The notes under the pieces are model-generated. The model saw only the letters and a list, made by a program, of their open reading frames with translations. It did not search any database and had not been told where the DNA came from. This document shows, piece by piece, positions 11,148-22,180 of a stretch of DNA of 64,000 nt (positions are counted from its first letter, which is position 1; the number at the start of each line of letters is the position of its first letter). The DNA is from Entomortierella parvispora E1425 (Eukaryota; Fungi; Mortierellomycota), in assembly GCA_020891255.1 (NCBI GenBank), contig BQFW01000005.1:992001-1056000 (forward strand), given 5' to 3'. The position numbers and the translations under genes were made by a program.

Positions 11148-11272
11148 TGCAATAGGATTACTGGGGACTTAGTGGAGACAAGAAGTAATGTTGTAATGTT
11201 TATTATAACAATAGAAGTGAGGTTCTATAGGAATGTCAGGACCACGTGAGGTCACCGTATTACTCTGTTGCA
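11148..11272 (-). repeat. Probable 125-bp 3' LTR
   Basis: Starts TGCAAC directly after the PPT, ends ATTGCA (TGCAA...TTGCA inverted termini), contains AATAAA; no second copy in the window. Confidence 0.65.
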
Positions 11273-12420
11273 CCTTCCCCTTTTAAAAATTGAGGTCATG
11301 ATATTCTTTAAAAGCTGCGACCATCTCAGGGCTGTTGTCCAAGTTGCTTAGTGGGATCCATTCGTCGGCTTCTCTGCCGTAGCCTTTCCATGCTACTAAG
11401 AACTGGTGTTGTCGGCGGTAAAACCTATGCTTCAAAATTTCTTCCACCTCGTACTCCACCTCGCCGTCGACAAGGGTGGGGTCTGGGGGTGCTGCGACTC
11501 GAGATCCAAGAGTTTCCGGCGATGGCAAGTAGTGTCGAAAGGTGTCGACGTGAAAGACGTCGTGTATCTTGTAGAACGGGGGCAGTTCAACGCGGAAGGT
11601 GACTGGTGAGTGTTGCTCCAAAAGTGTGAAAGGGCCAAGGTACTGGGGGCGCAATTTGTCCGCTGGTCTGATGCTGTCTGCGAGGATGGTGGCATTGGTG
11701 GCACGCAATAGCACCTGGTCTCCAACTTTGAACTTGTGGTCTCGTCGTCGCTTGTTTGCCTGCTCCTCTTGGTGATCCTATGCTCGTTGTAGTGCGTCCT
11801 GGGCAAGGATGAGAGTCGTTGCCTGCTCCGAGAGAAAAGCGTCGACCGTTGGAACTGAACTGTTGGGGGGAATGAGAAGCGCCGACGGAAGACGAGGATG
11901 CTGGCCAGTGTTGAGGAAGAACGGTGAATAGCCAGTAGAAGCGTTAACAGCGTTGTTGTAAGCGAACTCCAGCGACGGCAGAAGTTGGTCCCAGTTAGAC
12001 TGCTTGTTGTCAACGAATGCCCTCAACATGGTCTTCAGTGTCTTTTTCATGACTTCCGTCTGTCCATCCGTCTGTGGGTGATAAGCCGTGGATAGCGCCA
12101 GCTTCACATCTAGCAGCTTGTGTAGTTCCTGCCAGAACCTGCTGGTGAACCAAGTGTCACGGTCCGAGATGATGGACGAAGGAAGGCCGTGGAGCTTGAA
12201 GATCAAAGAACTGGTGGGCGACGTCGACAGCAGTGGCGGAGGTGGTCCCGGGAACAAAGTGGGCTTGTTTGGTGAGCTTGTCGACTTTGACAGTGATGGC
12301 GTTGAAATTGCGGCTGGTGGGGGGTCGTTTTGCAATGTACGCTGCTGGAGGTCCTTCTGGTGTTAGATCTTCCATGGTTGGGAGAAAACGTCGCCAGTTT
12401 CCCACATAGTGGACTCGGTG
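11148..12420 (-). mobile_element. 5'-truncated, frameshifted Ty3/gypsy chromovirus remnant (integrase, chromodomain, PPT, 3' LTR)
   Basis: VDKLTKQAHFVP; LHGLPSSIISDRD..FTSRFW; STAYHPQTDGQTE; GPY/F module YLGPF..HDVFHV; chromodomain EYEVEEIL..FLVAWKGYG..DEWIP; PPT AAAAGGGGAAGG after the stop. Confidence 0.93.
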
Positions 12421-13178
12421 ATTGTGGACGACATGACGTTCAAAAGCTGATGGTCGTCAATATGGAATGACAGTGAGTAAAAGCCGCGGGAACGTCTTTT
12501 TGGTGCCTGTGGGAACGATTCTCGAAAATATACACTGGCTGGCAGAGTGACTGACTGGAGACAGGGGACAAGGGCAGGAGAATGGTGGGCAAGAGCAGGA
12601 GAATGGCGGACAAAGGCAGGAGAATAGTGGACAAGGGCCGCGTGGGTGGAGGGTGGTCAAAGAGATGAGGAAGTAACGAATTCCATCTTCAGTGGGAACG
12701 TCATTTGACCAGGATGGTGTGGCAGTGTTTATTACAGTGGGAGCGCCATTTGACTGCTTCATGGTCTGTGCTCCCATGTCTAACTTTAACCACTATCAGA
12801 TCGGAGCACCATTCTTCTTTTTTTAGGTCTAGGTCCTTGTGGCTGGTCACTTGCTGGAATTTCTGGAGGCTCGGTTACAGTTCTCTTTGTACTGTACAGT
12901 ATCAGTACAGCACATGGCTCAACCCTCCCTCCTGCCAGTGCAACCAACAGCCACATAGAGCTATTCATCTGAAGAAGCAAGAGAAGAAGCAGAAGCGCAC
13001 TCGCACTGTGGACTATATATCTATACTTCTGACCTACCCCCCAACCTGCATCCACCCACTCACCCACTCTCACCCACTCTCACCCCACTTTAATTTGCAC
13101 GTGTTTTAATGTCAACTAACAGTACCCCTTAAGCGACCGACTTTCAGAAAGATAAGAAGAGAGATGTTGTTCGTAAGA

Positions 13179-13481
13179 ACAAATCTGTAGAACAATGGGC
13201 TTAATTTCAGCAGCTCGTATCAACAAGGATACTCGTCTGCTTACAATACCCCGTTCAATTAAAGTCGTCTGCAATGGATTTATCTCTTCCAATATTTGAA
13301 ATTAACATTAGCAGGAGCCTCATAAAGCCTTTCCGCTCTACAAGACCACCCCACGTAATATGATTCAGGGACTTGCGTCCTATTCGTATTCAACTAAAAA
13401 TCGGAAAAGGCGGTAATCGTCGCGTTCTAGCACGGATTCTGACTTAGAGGCGTTCAGCCATAATCCAACGGATGATAGCTT
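13179..13481 (-). rRNA. Isolated 3'-terminal fragment (about 303 nt) of 28S/25S rRNA (rDNA pseudogene)
   Basis: Minus strand reads AAGCTATCATCCGTTGGATTATGGCTGAACGCCTCTAAGTCAGAATCCGTGCTAGAACGCG ... GATAAATCCATTGCAGACGACTT ... AACGGGGTATTGTAAGCAG ... GCTGCTGAAATTAAGCCCATTGTTCTACAGATTTGT, matching the conserved fungal LSU 3' end as I recall it. Confidence 0.93.
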
Positions 13482-16400
13482 GGTGGTGAAAATGCTTGCA
13501 ATGCGTGCAATAGAGCTGCCGGATGGTTACTCGAGCAATGAAGTTGCGACAATTGGGGCACTTTTGCGAAGTATAATACTCGTTGATGCCTACCACCAAG
13601 TAACCAAGGGAGCGTGCCTAATTGAAAAAAAAACAGAGTAAGTTATCACTTGTCAAGACTGTGCTACTTGCTCCAGAGAAGGCTGGTCATGGTGAATTGT
13701 TTTTGACTTACCAGAGGGATGAAATAATCAAGAAATGACGAGCGCAGAGATGACAGTCGACTGGAGCTCTTGAATTGCCCCAAGCCGACTCCGATTATAA
13801 CACGGTTGTTTGGGTCGCGATGTCGTCCGGTAGTCCCTCCCACTATTCGTAGCAACCTCTCGGCGATTGCCTGATACTCGGCATGTTTGGCTCGTTTCAT
13901 GTCCCAGGTATGCCTTTTAAACCGCCTATTTCGGCCATTATAAAAGGTGCTCAGGCGTTCTTCGACCTCCTCTATTTTTTTGACATACTCTTCCACGCTT
14001 GATTGTGAGCCTCGAAGAGGAGGGAGGTTCGATTCGATGTCCGATATAGATGACGGTTCAGCCTCCGTGACAACGCCTTTCTCTGTGTTTAGCCATCTTC
14101 GGTATCGAAATACAGATTGCATTACCGCCTTTTGGTTAACAGCAAGATTGAGGTGAACGGGGCCGTCTTGCTCTGCATCTGTTGGTCTTGTCAGATCCAC
14201 CGATATGTCCATTGTTGTAGAGAGAGCTCCGTTCCTGCCAGGTAGATATGCGTACGCCCCAACTACGAACGCTTGGCCGGCATCTAGAGTCAAGATTTTG
14301 ATATCCGTAGGACGCGCACCGGGCCACAGCTTCTCGAAATCCATGTCGTCCTTGACAACATTTCTGATCTCTTGCAAATAGGAGTCGGTTCCCCCAACTG
14401 TGGATGATATTCTCGGTGGAAGACGATCGGGGGGGAAGCCGCCGGCATCGGACGCACTGAAGCTCTCGAAGCTTATAGGCAAGCAAGTATACTCTGAACC
14501 CATCTGTAAGGATGGAGCCCCTAGATACATAGCCCTTGACGGTATAGTCCTTTGGGTCGAGTGTTGGATCATCTAGCATGCGAAGGTGCCTCCTGAGAGC
14601 TTTGAGTGACATGAGCTTGATTGCTGCACGATGTCCTGCCTTGCCTTTCTTGCGACTTGTGAGATCTGAGGGGTCGATATCGGCAAGGTAACGTTTCGAG
14701 AGATAACCGGGCTCCTTGGTCCCGACCCATTCTTGCACATCCTGAATAGTCGGAGCCACCCCTTCATTAGATGCTAGCTCCGTCAACGATGTTTTGAGAT
14801 CGCCTCCTCTTTTCATGAAAAATCCCGCCAGCTCTCGCTCAGTAAACCAAATGGCTGCTCTACTGATGTCATGGGAGCGATTCTCCGGGGCCGTTGGATC
14901 AACTTGTTGAGCGAAACGTAGTTTTCAACTGCGGAGACGTCATCTCGAATGAGTATCTGTGTGTTGTATCCAAAATCCCGAGATCCTTAGCCTTCTTGAG
15001 CTAGAATAAATAGATCGGAAACGTGGCTGTGGTTAGCATTATGGATATCAAGGTATTCTCAGATATTCTTCACGTCTTACCTTATTGTGAATTATGCATG
15101 TCCCATGCTTATACATCTTTTCAAGCTCAGCCTTCAGCTGCGTGGCCACTGAGCGTACAAGATCCGTGGGAGTAAAGGGCATGTTTGATTCGTTGATATC
15201 AACGGACGGCGAGACGTAGATTCCAAGTTCCGTGAGCCGATCGATAAATGCATTGACCTTGTCCCCCATGGAAGAGGGTCTCGGTCGTTTTCCAGAGTAC
15301 ACTACTCGTAGAAAGCTCCAGATAAATGGTGCCTGGACCTTGTCATCCTTCTTTTTTTTTGTTGTGCTCGTGCTTGGTGGTTGCAGGTCACTATCGTCGC
15401 GCTCTACTTCAGGCTCTCCATCGTCGGGATCAAGTTCAGCGTCCACAAGACCGTTGATCTGATTGTCGTCTTCCTCATCCGCAGCAATGTCGTCAGTATC
15501 CTTCACGTCCTCCACAGTAACAGGTTGACAGAGGTGGCGCAGGATTTCCTTGTCTACAGAGCTGATGTGGTCGATTCCAATCTTGTCCAGTTTTTCGATA
15601 TAGCAGCCAATCAGCCTCTGAGCTTCACGCTTCACTCGAGCTGCCTCGCTTGTCGCTCCCTGAATGACCTCCATAACTTCCTGCTGCAGGTCCAGCTGGT
15701 TAGGAAGCGCAAGTCTGATATTTGCCTTCAGAGTACCAATGCTCAATGAACTTGTTGGGTGGTGATAGGCCAAATGTCGAGTTATCGCCAGCTTGTCTGT
15801 TGCAGCCGTAGATTTTGACAAGGTCTTCAAAGTGGGTGGGTCCTTTGGAGCGGATGTCTCCTTTTTACGCTTAGTCTCAGGATCCTTGTATGGTTTGTAT
15901 GCAAGCTGCTTCATTATTGGGGGTCGTGGATGCTCCTGAGTCCCCTTCCTTGACTTGAACGAGTATCTTGGCTGATGGCGAGGGATTCGTGTTCTTTGAA
16001 GTGCTGGGTGTAGTGCCTCTCCTGTCTGGTTGCCGTGTGACGATGGGCGTCGTAAAGGCGAGGCAACATTAGAGCCGGGAGAGATGGACGAGTCTTGAGG
16101 CTGCTCAACCGGAGGCGGTATGGTGATACGTGCTCGTGTCAGGCGAGAGTGCTGTATTGCAGGTGACTCTACCGTCTTGTAGCGGTTGCTGGTTGACGAT
16201 GATCGCAACCGAATGATATCCATGGAGTTGCTATAGTTATCAAAACAGTATGATGAATACAAAAATTGGCTCATTTCCTTTCATATCTTGAATCCTGAGC
16301 TGTTAAATAGGCTTTACCTGCTGTTGAAAAGTCATTTGGAGACTTCTGTTTTGTTGATATCGTTTACAGAGGTCCATAAATCTTTGGCGAAGAGCGTTAA

Positions 16401-17400
16401 ACGAAGAGTAGGCAGAATCTGATATCTGACGAGTGCTTGGCGTTTGCAGCTGGTCCGCAAGGACTCGAAGAGCGAGTTCAAATGTCTTGTCGCAGGTGTT
16501 TTTGGATTGGACACGCTCGTGCTCCAGATATTCCGACACAATCGACCTAGGATCTAAAGACGACAGTTATTGTTTAACGTGTGAACGGGATGGCAAATCA
16601 AGACATTACAGTCGTCTCATTTGTTTCATACCTTCGCCCTTGCTGTTCATGATGACAGAAAGGCTGGTGACTGGACCAAGCGAAAGGATGTTCCTGCCGT
16701 AGTCATTTGACACCACACAAGCAAGAGCCGTGAGCTGAGCTGATGACAATCCAAGAGTCTGGCAAACATCTGCGCGACTGTAGGCCAGATGAAGTCCGCG
16801 AGAGATGGGTCGCCAGAGCGTGTAGATAGTGCCATATGCAAGCATGTCACTGTCAGCCGATATGACAATGTCCTCTGGCCGGCAGTCCGCCGCGATGGCA
16901 ACATCAGCCTCTGTTTCACATATCCGAACAGTCCATCCAGCTTTGTGCAGGTAGTCGATGAATTCTTGGCGAACTGAGGATGGCCAATAGAAAAGTGATG
17001 CAAGGCTCTTCTTCACATCGACGAAATGTCGCTTCCTAGCCTTTTGGTTGTTGGTGACTCGTTGTTCGAGTGCGTCAAGGTTCTTGTAGCATTTTTCAGC
17101 GGCTTTGTCACGGTTGGCCTTTCGTTTTTTTGCTGTCTCTTCTTTCTCCACCGCTGCGCCACCATCAATATAAAGAATGAGTCTATCCTTCCCGCCATAA
17201 CGCAAAAAGTTTGCTTCAAGGACCTGGTGCGCTTCTTCGGGTGCCTTAAAAGAATATGCGTTGCGAATGATAGAGTAAAACGACAGTACATCAAGACGTT
17301 TTGTACGATCGGTCATAGTTGACTTCACGTTGGAGGGATAAATGACAGAAGGTTCATAGCCCTTTTTGCGCAAAAAGGGGAACCAATCTTGTAATCCCAT
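13444..17400 (-). pseudogene. PIN (XPG/FEN1-like) nuclease fused to Fanzor/TnpB-like RuvC and Zn-finger; 5 exons, about 1,190 codons, frameshifted, 3'-truncated
   Basis: Exons about 17400-16632, 16553-16318, 16230-15081, 15000-13712, 13617-13482. N-terminal MGLQDWFPFL..RLDVLS..LYIDG..ETEAD..SADSD..SNDY; C-terminal SILTDG, ILTLDAGQ (RuvC-I), VVGINEYYTSQKCPNC (RuvC-II plus CxxC), LYCTHC, then HH and a break where RD is expected. Confidence 0.85.
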
Positions 17401-17545
17401 TAGAGGCACGATTTGGAGGATGAGTAAAGAGCAGATGATGAAAAAGTGGAAAACGATGTAGATGTGTAATGGTGCGAAGGGTTGTCGCTGGTAGCGTGTA
17501 ATGAGGAGCGTGGGGGAGCGAGGAAGAAGGTATATAGAAAGAAGG

Positions 17546-17629
17546 AGCGCGTATGCGTGCTTGGATGGGCCAACCGTAGCTCTCAATCCCAGCCAATGAG
17601 AGAATTAGGGCGTGGATTGTCCTGGAGCC
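17546..17629 (-). repeat. Right terminal inverted repeat (84 bp)
   Basis: Reverse complement matches 1620-1703 at 77/84 positions. Confidence 0.93.
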
Positions 17630-17638
17630 AAAAAAATC
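17630..17638 (+). repeat. Right target-site duplication AAAAAAATC
   Basis: Identical to 1611-1619; abuts the right TIR. Confidence 0.85.
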
Positions 17639-18746
17639 GCGTTACGTCACCGAAGCTGAAAGTGTGAGCAAATGTTACATAATCACGTGCTTGCGACGGC
17701 ATCTCTTTGGAGCGCGTGCAACCAATCAAAGGGCCGAAGGGATAAAATTAGCCCATGGGCGGACCAGAAGGGCCAAAGGGAAAGGGACGGGTCAAACGGG
17801 CGAACGGACGGACGGACGGATGCTGTGGAGACACGAAGAACACGGAGGCGGTCCTCATTATTATTTTTCTGTCAGTGTGTTGTTTTGTCTCTGTCTGTCT
17901 GTTCTGTCCTGTTCAGTGTCTGTCCTGCGATCAGCAATGTCCATTCCCTTCATTGGGACCAGGGCGATGAAGAAGCAAGACGAGACGTGAGTGGTCGAGA
18001 GAGGAGTGGTCGAGTGAGTAAGAGAGTGAGTAAGAGAGTGAGTAAAAAGAGAGAGAGAAAGAACGGGCACACCAGACCGACTGACTGACAGAGAGAGAGA
18101 GAGAGAGAACAGCCAACAGACAGACAGACAGACAGACAGCCCTTTGTCACTATGGCACACACACACACACACACACACTAACTCACACTCTTTTTACACG
18201 CACTTTCTTCGTCTTTTCTCACTCTCTCTCTTTCTCTCTCTCTCCCTCTCCTTTCGCTGTTGATTCCATCCCCCTCTTTCTTTCCTCTTCTCATTCCCTC
18301 ATTCTCTTTCCTTTCCTTTCCTTTCCTTCCTTCCTTCTTTCCTTCGACGTGTTCAGTGTTCATTCCTCCCCTTCCTTCCTTCCTTCCTTCCTGCCTCATC
18401 CGACTCTTTCTTCTTTCTCTACTCCTTGCTTACTTCTCGCCATCCTCATCACACCGCATACGCACTGCACCCACACCCACACACCCACACCCGGCTCGCT
18501 CAGTCTTTCCTTTCTTCCTTCTCTTTCCCTTCCCTTTCCCTTCCCTTTCCCTTCTGTCCGCTCACCATTGCACAAAAAGGGCACAGCCGCAACTCTGTTC
18601 TCATTCCTCTTTTGTTGTTGTTGTTGATTGACCTTGCACCACCTTCACTTTTGTTTGCGTCCCTGTCCGTATCCGTGTGTGTCCCTTTGCTCCGCTTTTT
18701 GTCTCATCTCCTTCCCTTTCCTTCATCCATCTCGAGAACATATACC

Positions 18747-20883
18747 ATGGACTGGTCCGCGTCCTCTTCCTCGTCCTACTACCCACAGCACCCTCCCTAC
18801 CCCTACTCGACAGAGCGCATTGCCGACCTCTGTCTGCTCAAGCTGCAACATGCCTCCTCGGGCAGGACACAGTCGCTGCTGCGTCAAGTGCAACTGACAT
18901 GGTATGTCCCACATCTCGTTCTTGTCAAGAACAGGAAGCACAGCTAACCCAAGAGCATCGCAAACTAACAGACTTACCTTGTCCTACACACACAACAGCA
19001 TGCTCCATCGGATCAGGATGCAGGCCTTCCTGCGCCCTGTCATGGCTGGATATCATCCTCATTATCAACAACAACAACAACAACAACAACAGCAGCAGCA
19101 ACGGTATGACCAGCGCTATGAGCAGGGCCATCTGGACCTAGAGGACGACTCGTCGTCCGACTCGGACCTTGCCTCGGATGCCTCATCTTCAGTCGTCGTC
19201 TCTGCCCCCGCCCTTTCTTCGCAGTCGACCTACGACTGGGACTTGGACATGCTCCTGTCCATGAGTACCGCTTCGCCACCACCTTCAATACCCTCCTCCC
19301 CCTCCTCCCCCGTCTCTTCAGACTCAATAGCATCTGCTTCGCCCGCAGACGCAGATCCAGACCAGACCATGTTTGCACTCAGTCAACATCTTCACCAGCA
19401 GCACCACTTATCTTCCATCCCCATGGTCCCCTCCTATACCTCCGACTATGCTTCAGAAGAGTCATCTTCCCCTTCGATCGAGGCTCTGCAGCAATCATTA
19501 AACCACTCTCCACACACGACCTCGATCGCTTTGTCCTCCATCCCCTCCGACTTAGCTCAGCAGCAGCAGCAGCAACATCCACAGCCAAGCTACTACGAGT
19601 TGCTTATGGCCGCCAACCCGAATGAACCACTCTCACAGCTCATGTCCACCACAGCTGCAACGATCGCCTCTTCATCCTTTACGGCGCCCACGTCTATTTC
19701 CGCACCCCCTGCACCTCCGTCCTCGCTGGAACATTCCTCGTCCTATTCCCTCCTCGATGGCTCCGTCCCTCGTGCCCCAACGGCCAACACAACTGCCATG
19801 CCTCGCGCAGAGGATGTTCTGACCTCCGTCGCCACGACCTTTGTCCTGAGCAACTACGCTACTGCCACACCTGCAGCCACCTCAGATGCGCTGGGTTCTA
19901 TTCCTCTGACGACTCGGGAGATCATGGATGCACTTTCGGGTCAGTTCCCCATTCAACAACCACAGTCCTTGCCTTCCGTGTATTCGCCGCAACATGCAAC
20001 TGAGGCCTCCTCCGCCATAGATACTGTCACTGATGCTGCCGACAACGTGGAGCAGACGTCAGATGCAGACGAGTGGCAAGGAGACAGCGACATGATGAGC
20101 CCACCGGCCCAAGCCTACCATCATGGTCAACAGGACGACTCTACGGAAACGACTGTAGATGCCGTGGATTCCAGGGGTGAGGAACAAGAGAAAAGTAGCC
20201 CCATGGAAGGTCAGGAACTGGACCAGGACCAAGAAATGGAGGATACGGGATGCATCTCCCCTCCGCTCTCTCCCACCACCCCCAAGCGAGCCTCGAGAAG
20301 AGCCTCCATGTCGCCTCGGAGCAAGCGCCTTTCTCGGACTACACGTCGACAAAGCGATCCATCCGGATCCATTGATCAGCTGCTCAATGCATCGTGTGCT
20401 GCTCTCGACTCTGTGCCCTCCACCGAGGATCCTGCTGCAAGCCACAAACGCCGCCGCTTGAATCTCGAGGAGGGCTCGACGTCTCCTTGCTCCAGTCCGG
20501 AATCATCCCCCCCTTCCCCAAAGACACCACCACCACAATCGGACATTCCTGCTCCTGTTCAAGGACAGTCTCTTCCTGAAGGTGTTGACCACCCTCCGCG
20601 GGAGGAAGATCTCGATCATGAAAGGCAGTTAAAGTCCGAGATGAGCAACGTTGCACAGTTGGTGGAGGATGTGGTAGACAGCTTGAAGAGCATGGCTCCC
20701 ACCGCGGCAGGTCTGATGGAGACTGAGGATGCTGGCGTTCTCTCTCCATCTCTCCTTGCTCGTTACCCCAAACGGCAATCGACACGACTTCTTCGCCGGT
20801 CGCACGGTCTGCCTTCTAGCAACTGCAGCCCACAGGACAATGAGACGCATTTGTTGTCGACGGGCAAAGTATCTGCGGCATAG
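18747..20883 (+). CDS. Low-complexity (Q/S/P-rich) protein with an N-terminal SERTA-like motif, 2 exons
   Basis: Exon 18747-18901 splices in frame to 18999-20883 (TG|GTATGT...ACAG|C), giving ERIADLCLLKLQHASSGRTQSLLRQVQLTCMLHRIR. The SERTA label is by-eye similarity. Confidence 0.75.
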
Positions 20884-21701
20884 GAGACATGTTTGTTGGA
20901 GTCGCGCTGTGTTGCTCCTCCTATTTTGTTGTTGTGGATGGGATGGACGATGGTGAACGGTTGTACCACGGTCGTCCCTTCCATGGCATTTTGCTCTGTG
21001 TTTATTTTTATTGTGTTTATTTGTTCTTTTTTTCGCCCCCCACCGCTCATTCTACCGACCTTGTCATGCATTATTCTCTTTTCATGATGGCGGGAATACA
21101 TCCCTGTTCCCGCCAAAAAATAATTCCACCACTCTTTTTCCTTGCATCCTTGGCCCTGCCGTCAGTTGGCTGTGTGCAGTGCAGCAGTGCAGTGCAGCGC
21201 AGCACAGCGAAATGCAGTACCCAAAACATTCGCGGGCATGGAGTTCATAGTTGGTCCTATACCATTGTCACCATTACTTATTTATTTTTCTCTCTTTTTT
21301 TTTTTTTGTTCCTTATGCCTACTTGTACACCAGCTCTGTTTTAATATTTTTACCACTCTTTAGATAGATTCTCAATCGCTTCCGCCCTTCCCCTCCTCCT
21401 CCCTATTCTTCTCGATCTCGCAGTTATAGCTTATTACCAATAAAAAATGGCTGCCCCTCCATGAACACCCTTGCCTTTCAGCCATTGAGTGTGCATTCTA
21501 TAGCAAAGGCGGAGAAAGGATAGATAAAGATGTCAGGTCCGCGTGTTTGTTTCAAATTGACCCGTCAGGGCCATGTTGTCCACGCGAGCCCTGGACGCAG
21601 TAGCGAGGCATGTTTGAGGATGACTAAAGTGAGGAAGGGGCGTGATAAAGAGAGAAGGAGAATGAGAGAGGGAGAGCGAGAGAATGAGAGAACGAGAGAA
21701 T

Positions 21702-21803
<102 letters not shown>

Positions 21804-22180
21804 GAAGGAAAGGAAGCAAGCAAGCAAGCAAGGCAAGCAAGGCAAGCAAGAACAAAGATGGGCGCACACCCAATTTCCCGTGTCCCTCAATGTTATTTCA
21901 TACGCTGCTCTCACCTCACTCTGTGCGCGCTTTTCATACTTTTCATACGACCCGACCCTTTTTTTCCCTTTCTTTTGTTCTCCTCTATTTTCTGCTCATC
22001 ATCCATCCATCCAACCAACCATCCATCCATCCTTCCCTTCCTTTCCCCATCTTTTGGTCATTCATCCTTGTCGCTCACTCGCATCTCATTCATCCTTGTC
22101 CCTGGCTTCTCATTCTTCTCTCTCTTTTCCTTCCTTCCTCTACTCACCTTTGTCCATCTCCACCTTCCTTCCCCGAGAGA

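Larger units (their letters stand above)
1620..17629. mobile_element. 16,010-bp non-autonomous TIR DNA transposon, Mutator/MULE-like, carrying cargo and nested elements
   Basis: Inward-facing 84-bp TIRs (1620-1703 and 17546-17629, 7 mismatches), termini GG...CC, directly flanked by identical 9-mers AAAAAAATC (1611-1619 and 17630-17638). No DDE transposase ORF recognised inside. Confidence 0.85.

Noticed and set aside
12420-13178. 5S rRNA, U2 snRNA or a 5' LTR downstream of the 28S fragment
   Set aside because: Only a few bases (CTCCGATCTGATAG) resemble these RNAs, and the 125-bp LTR sequence does not recur here.
1704-17545. MULE or other DDE transposase inside the TIR element
   Set aside because: No recognisable MULE DDE, FAR1 or SWIM motifs in any supplied ORF; the superfamily call rests on TIR/TSD geometry only.
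16606-17586. ORF-track start at 17586 for the PIN gene
   Set aside because: The first 62 codons overlap the TIR and promoter; MGLQDW at 17400 matches the FEN1/XPG-family N-terminus.
17660-18700. Many overlapping ORFs at 17.7-18.7 kb and 21.5-22.2 kb
   Set aside because: They are produced by (AG)n, (AC)n, (GACA)n and CT-rich tracts, and the translations are simple repeats.
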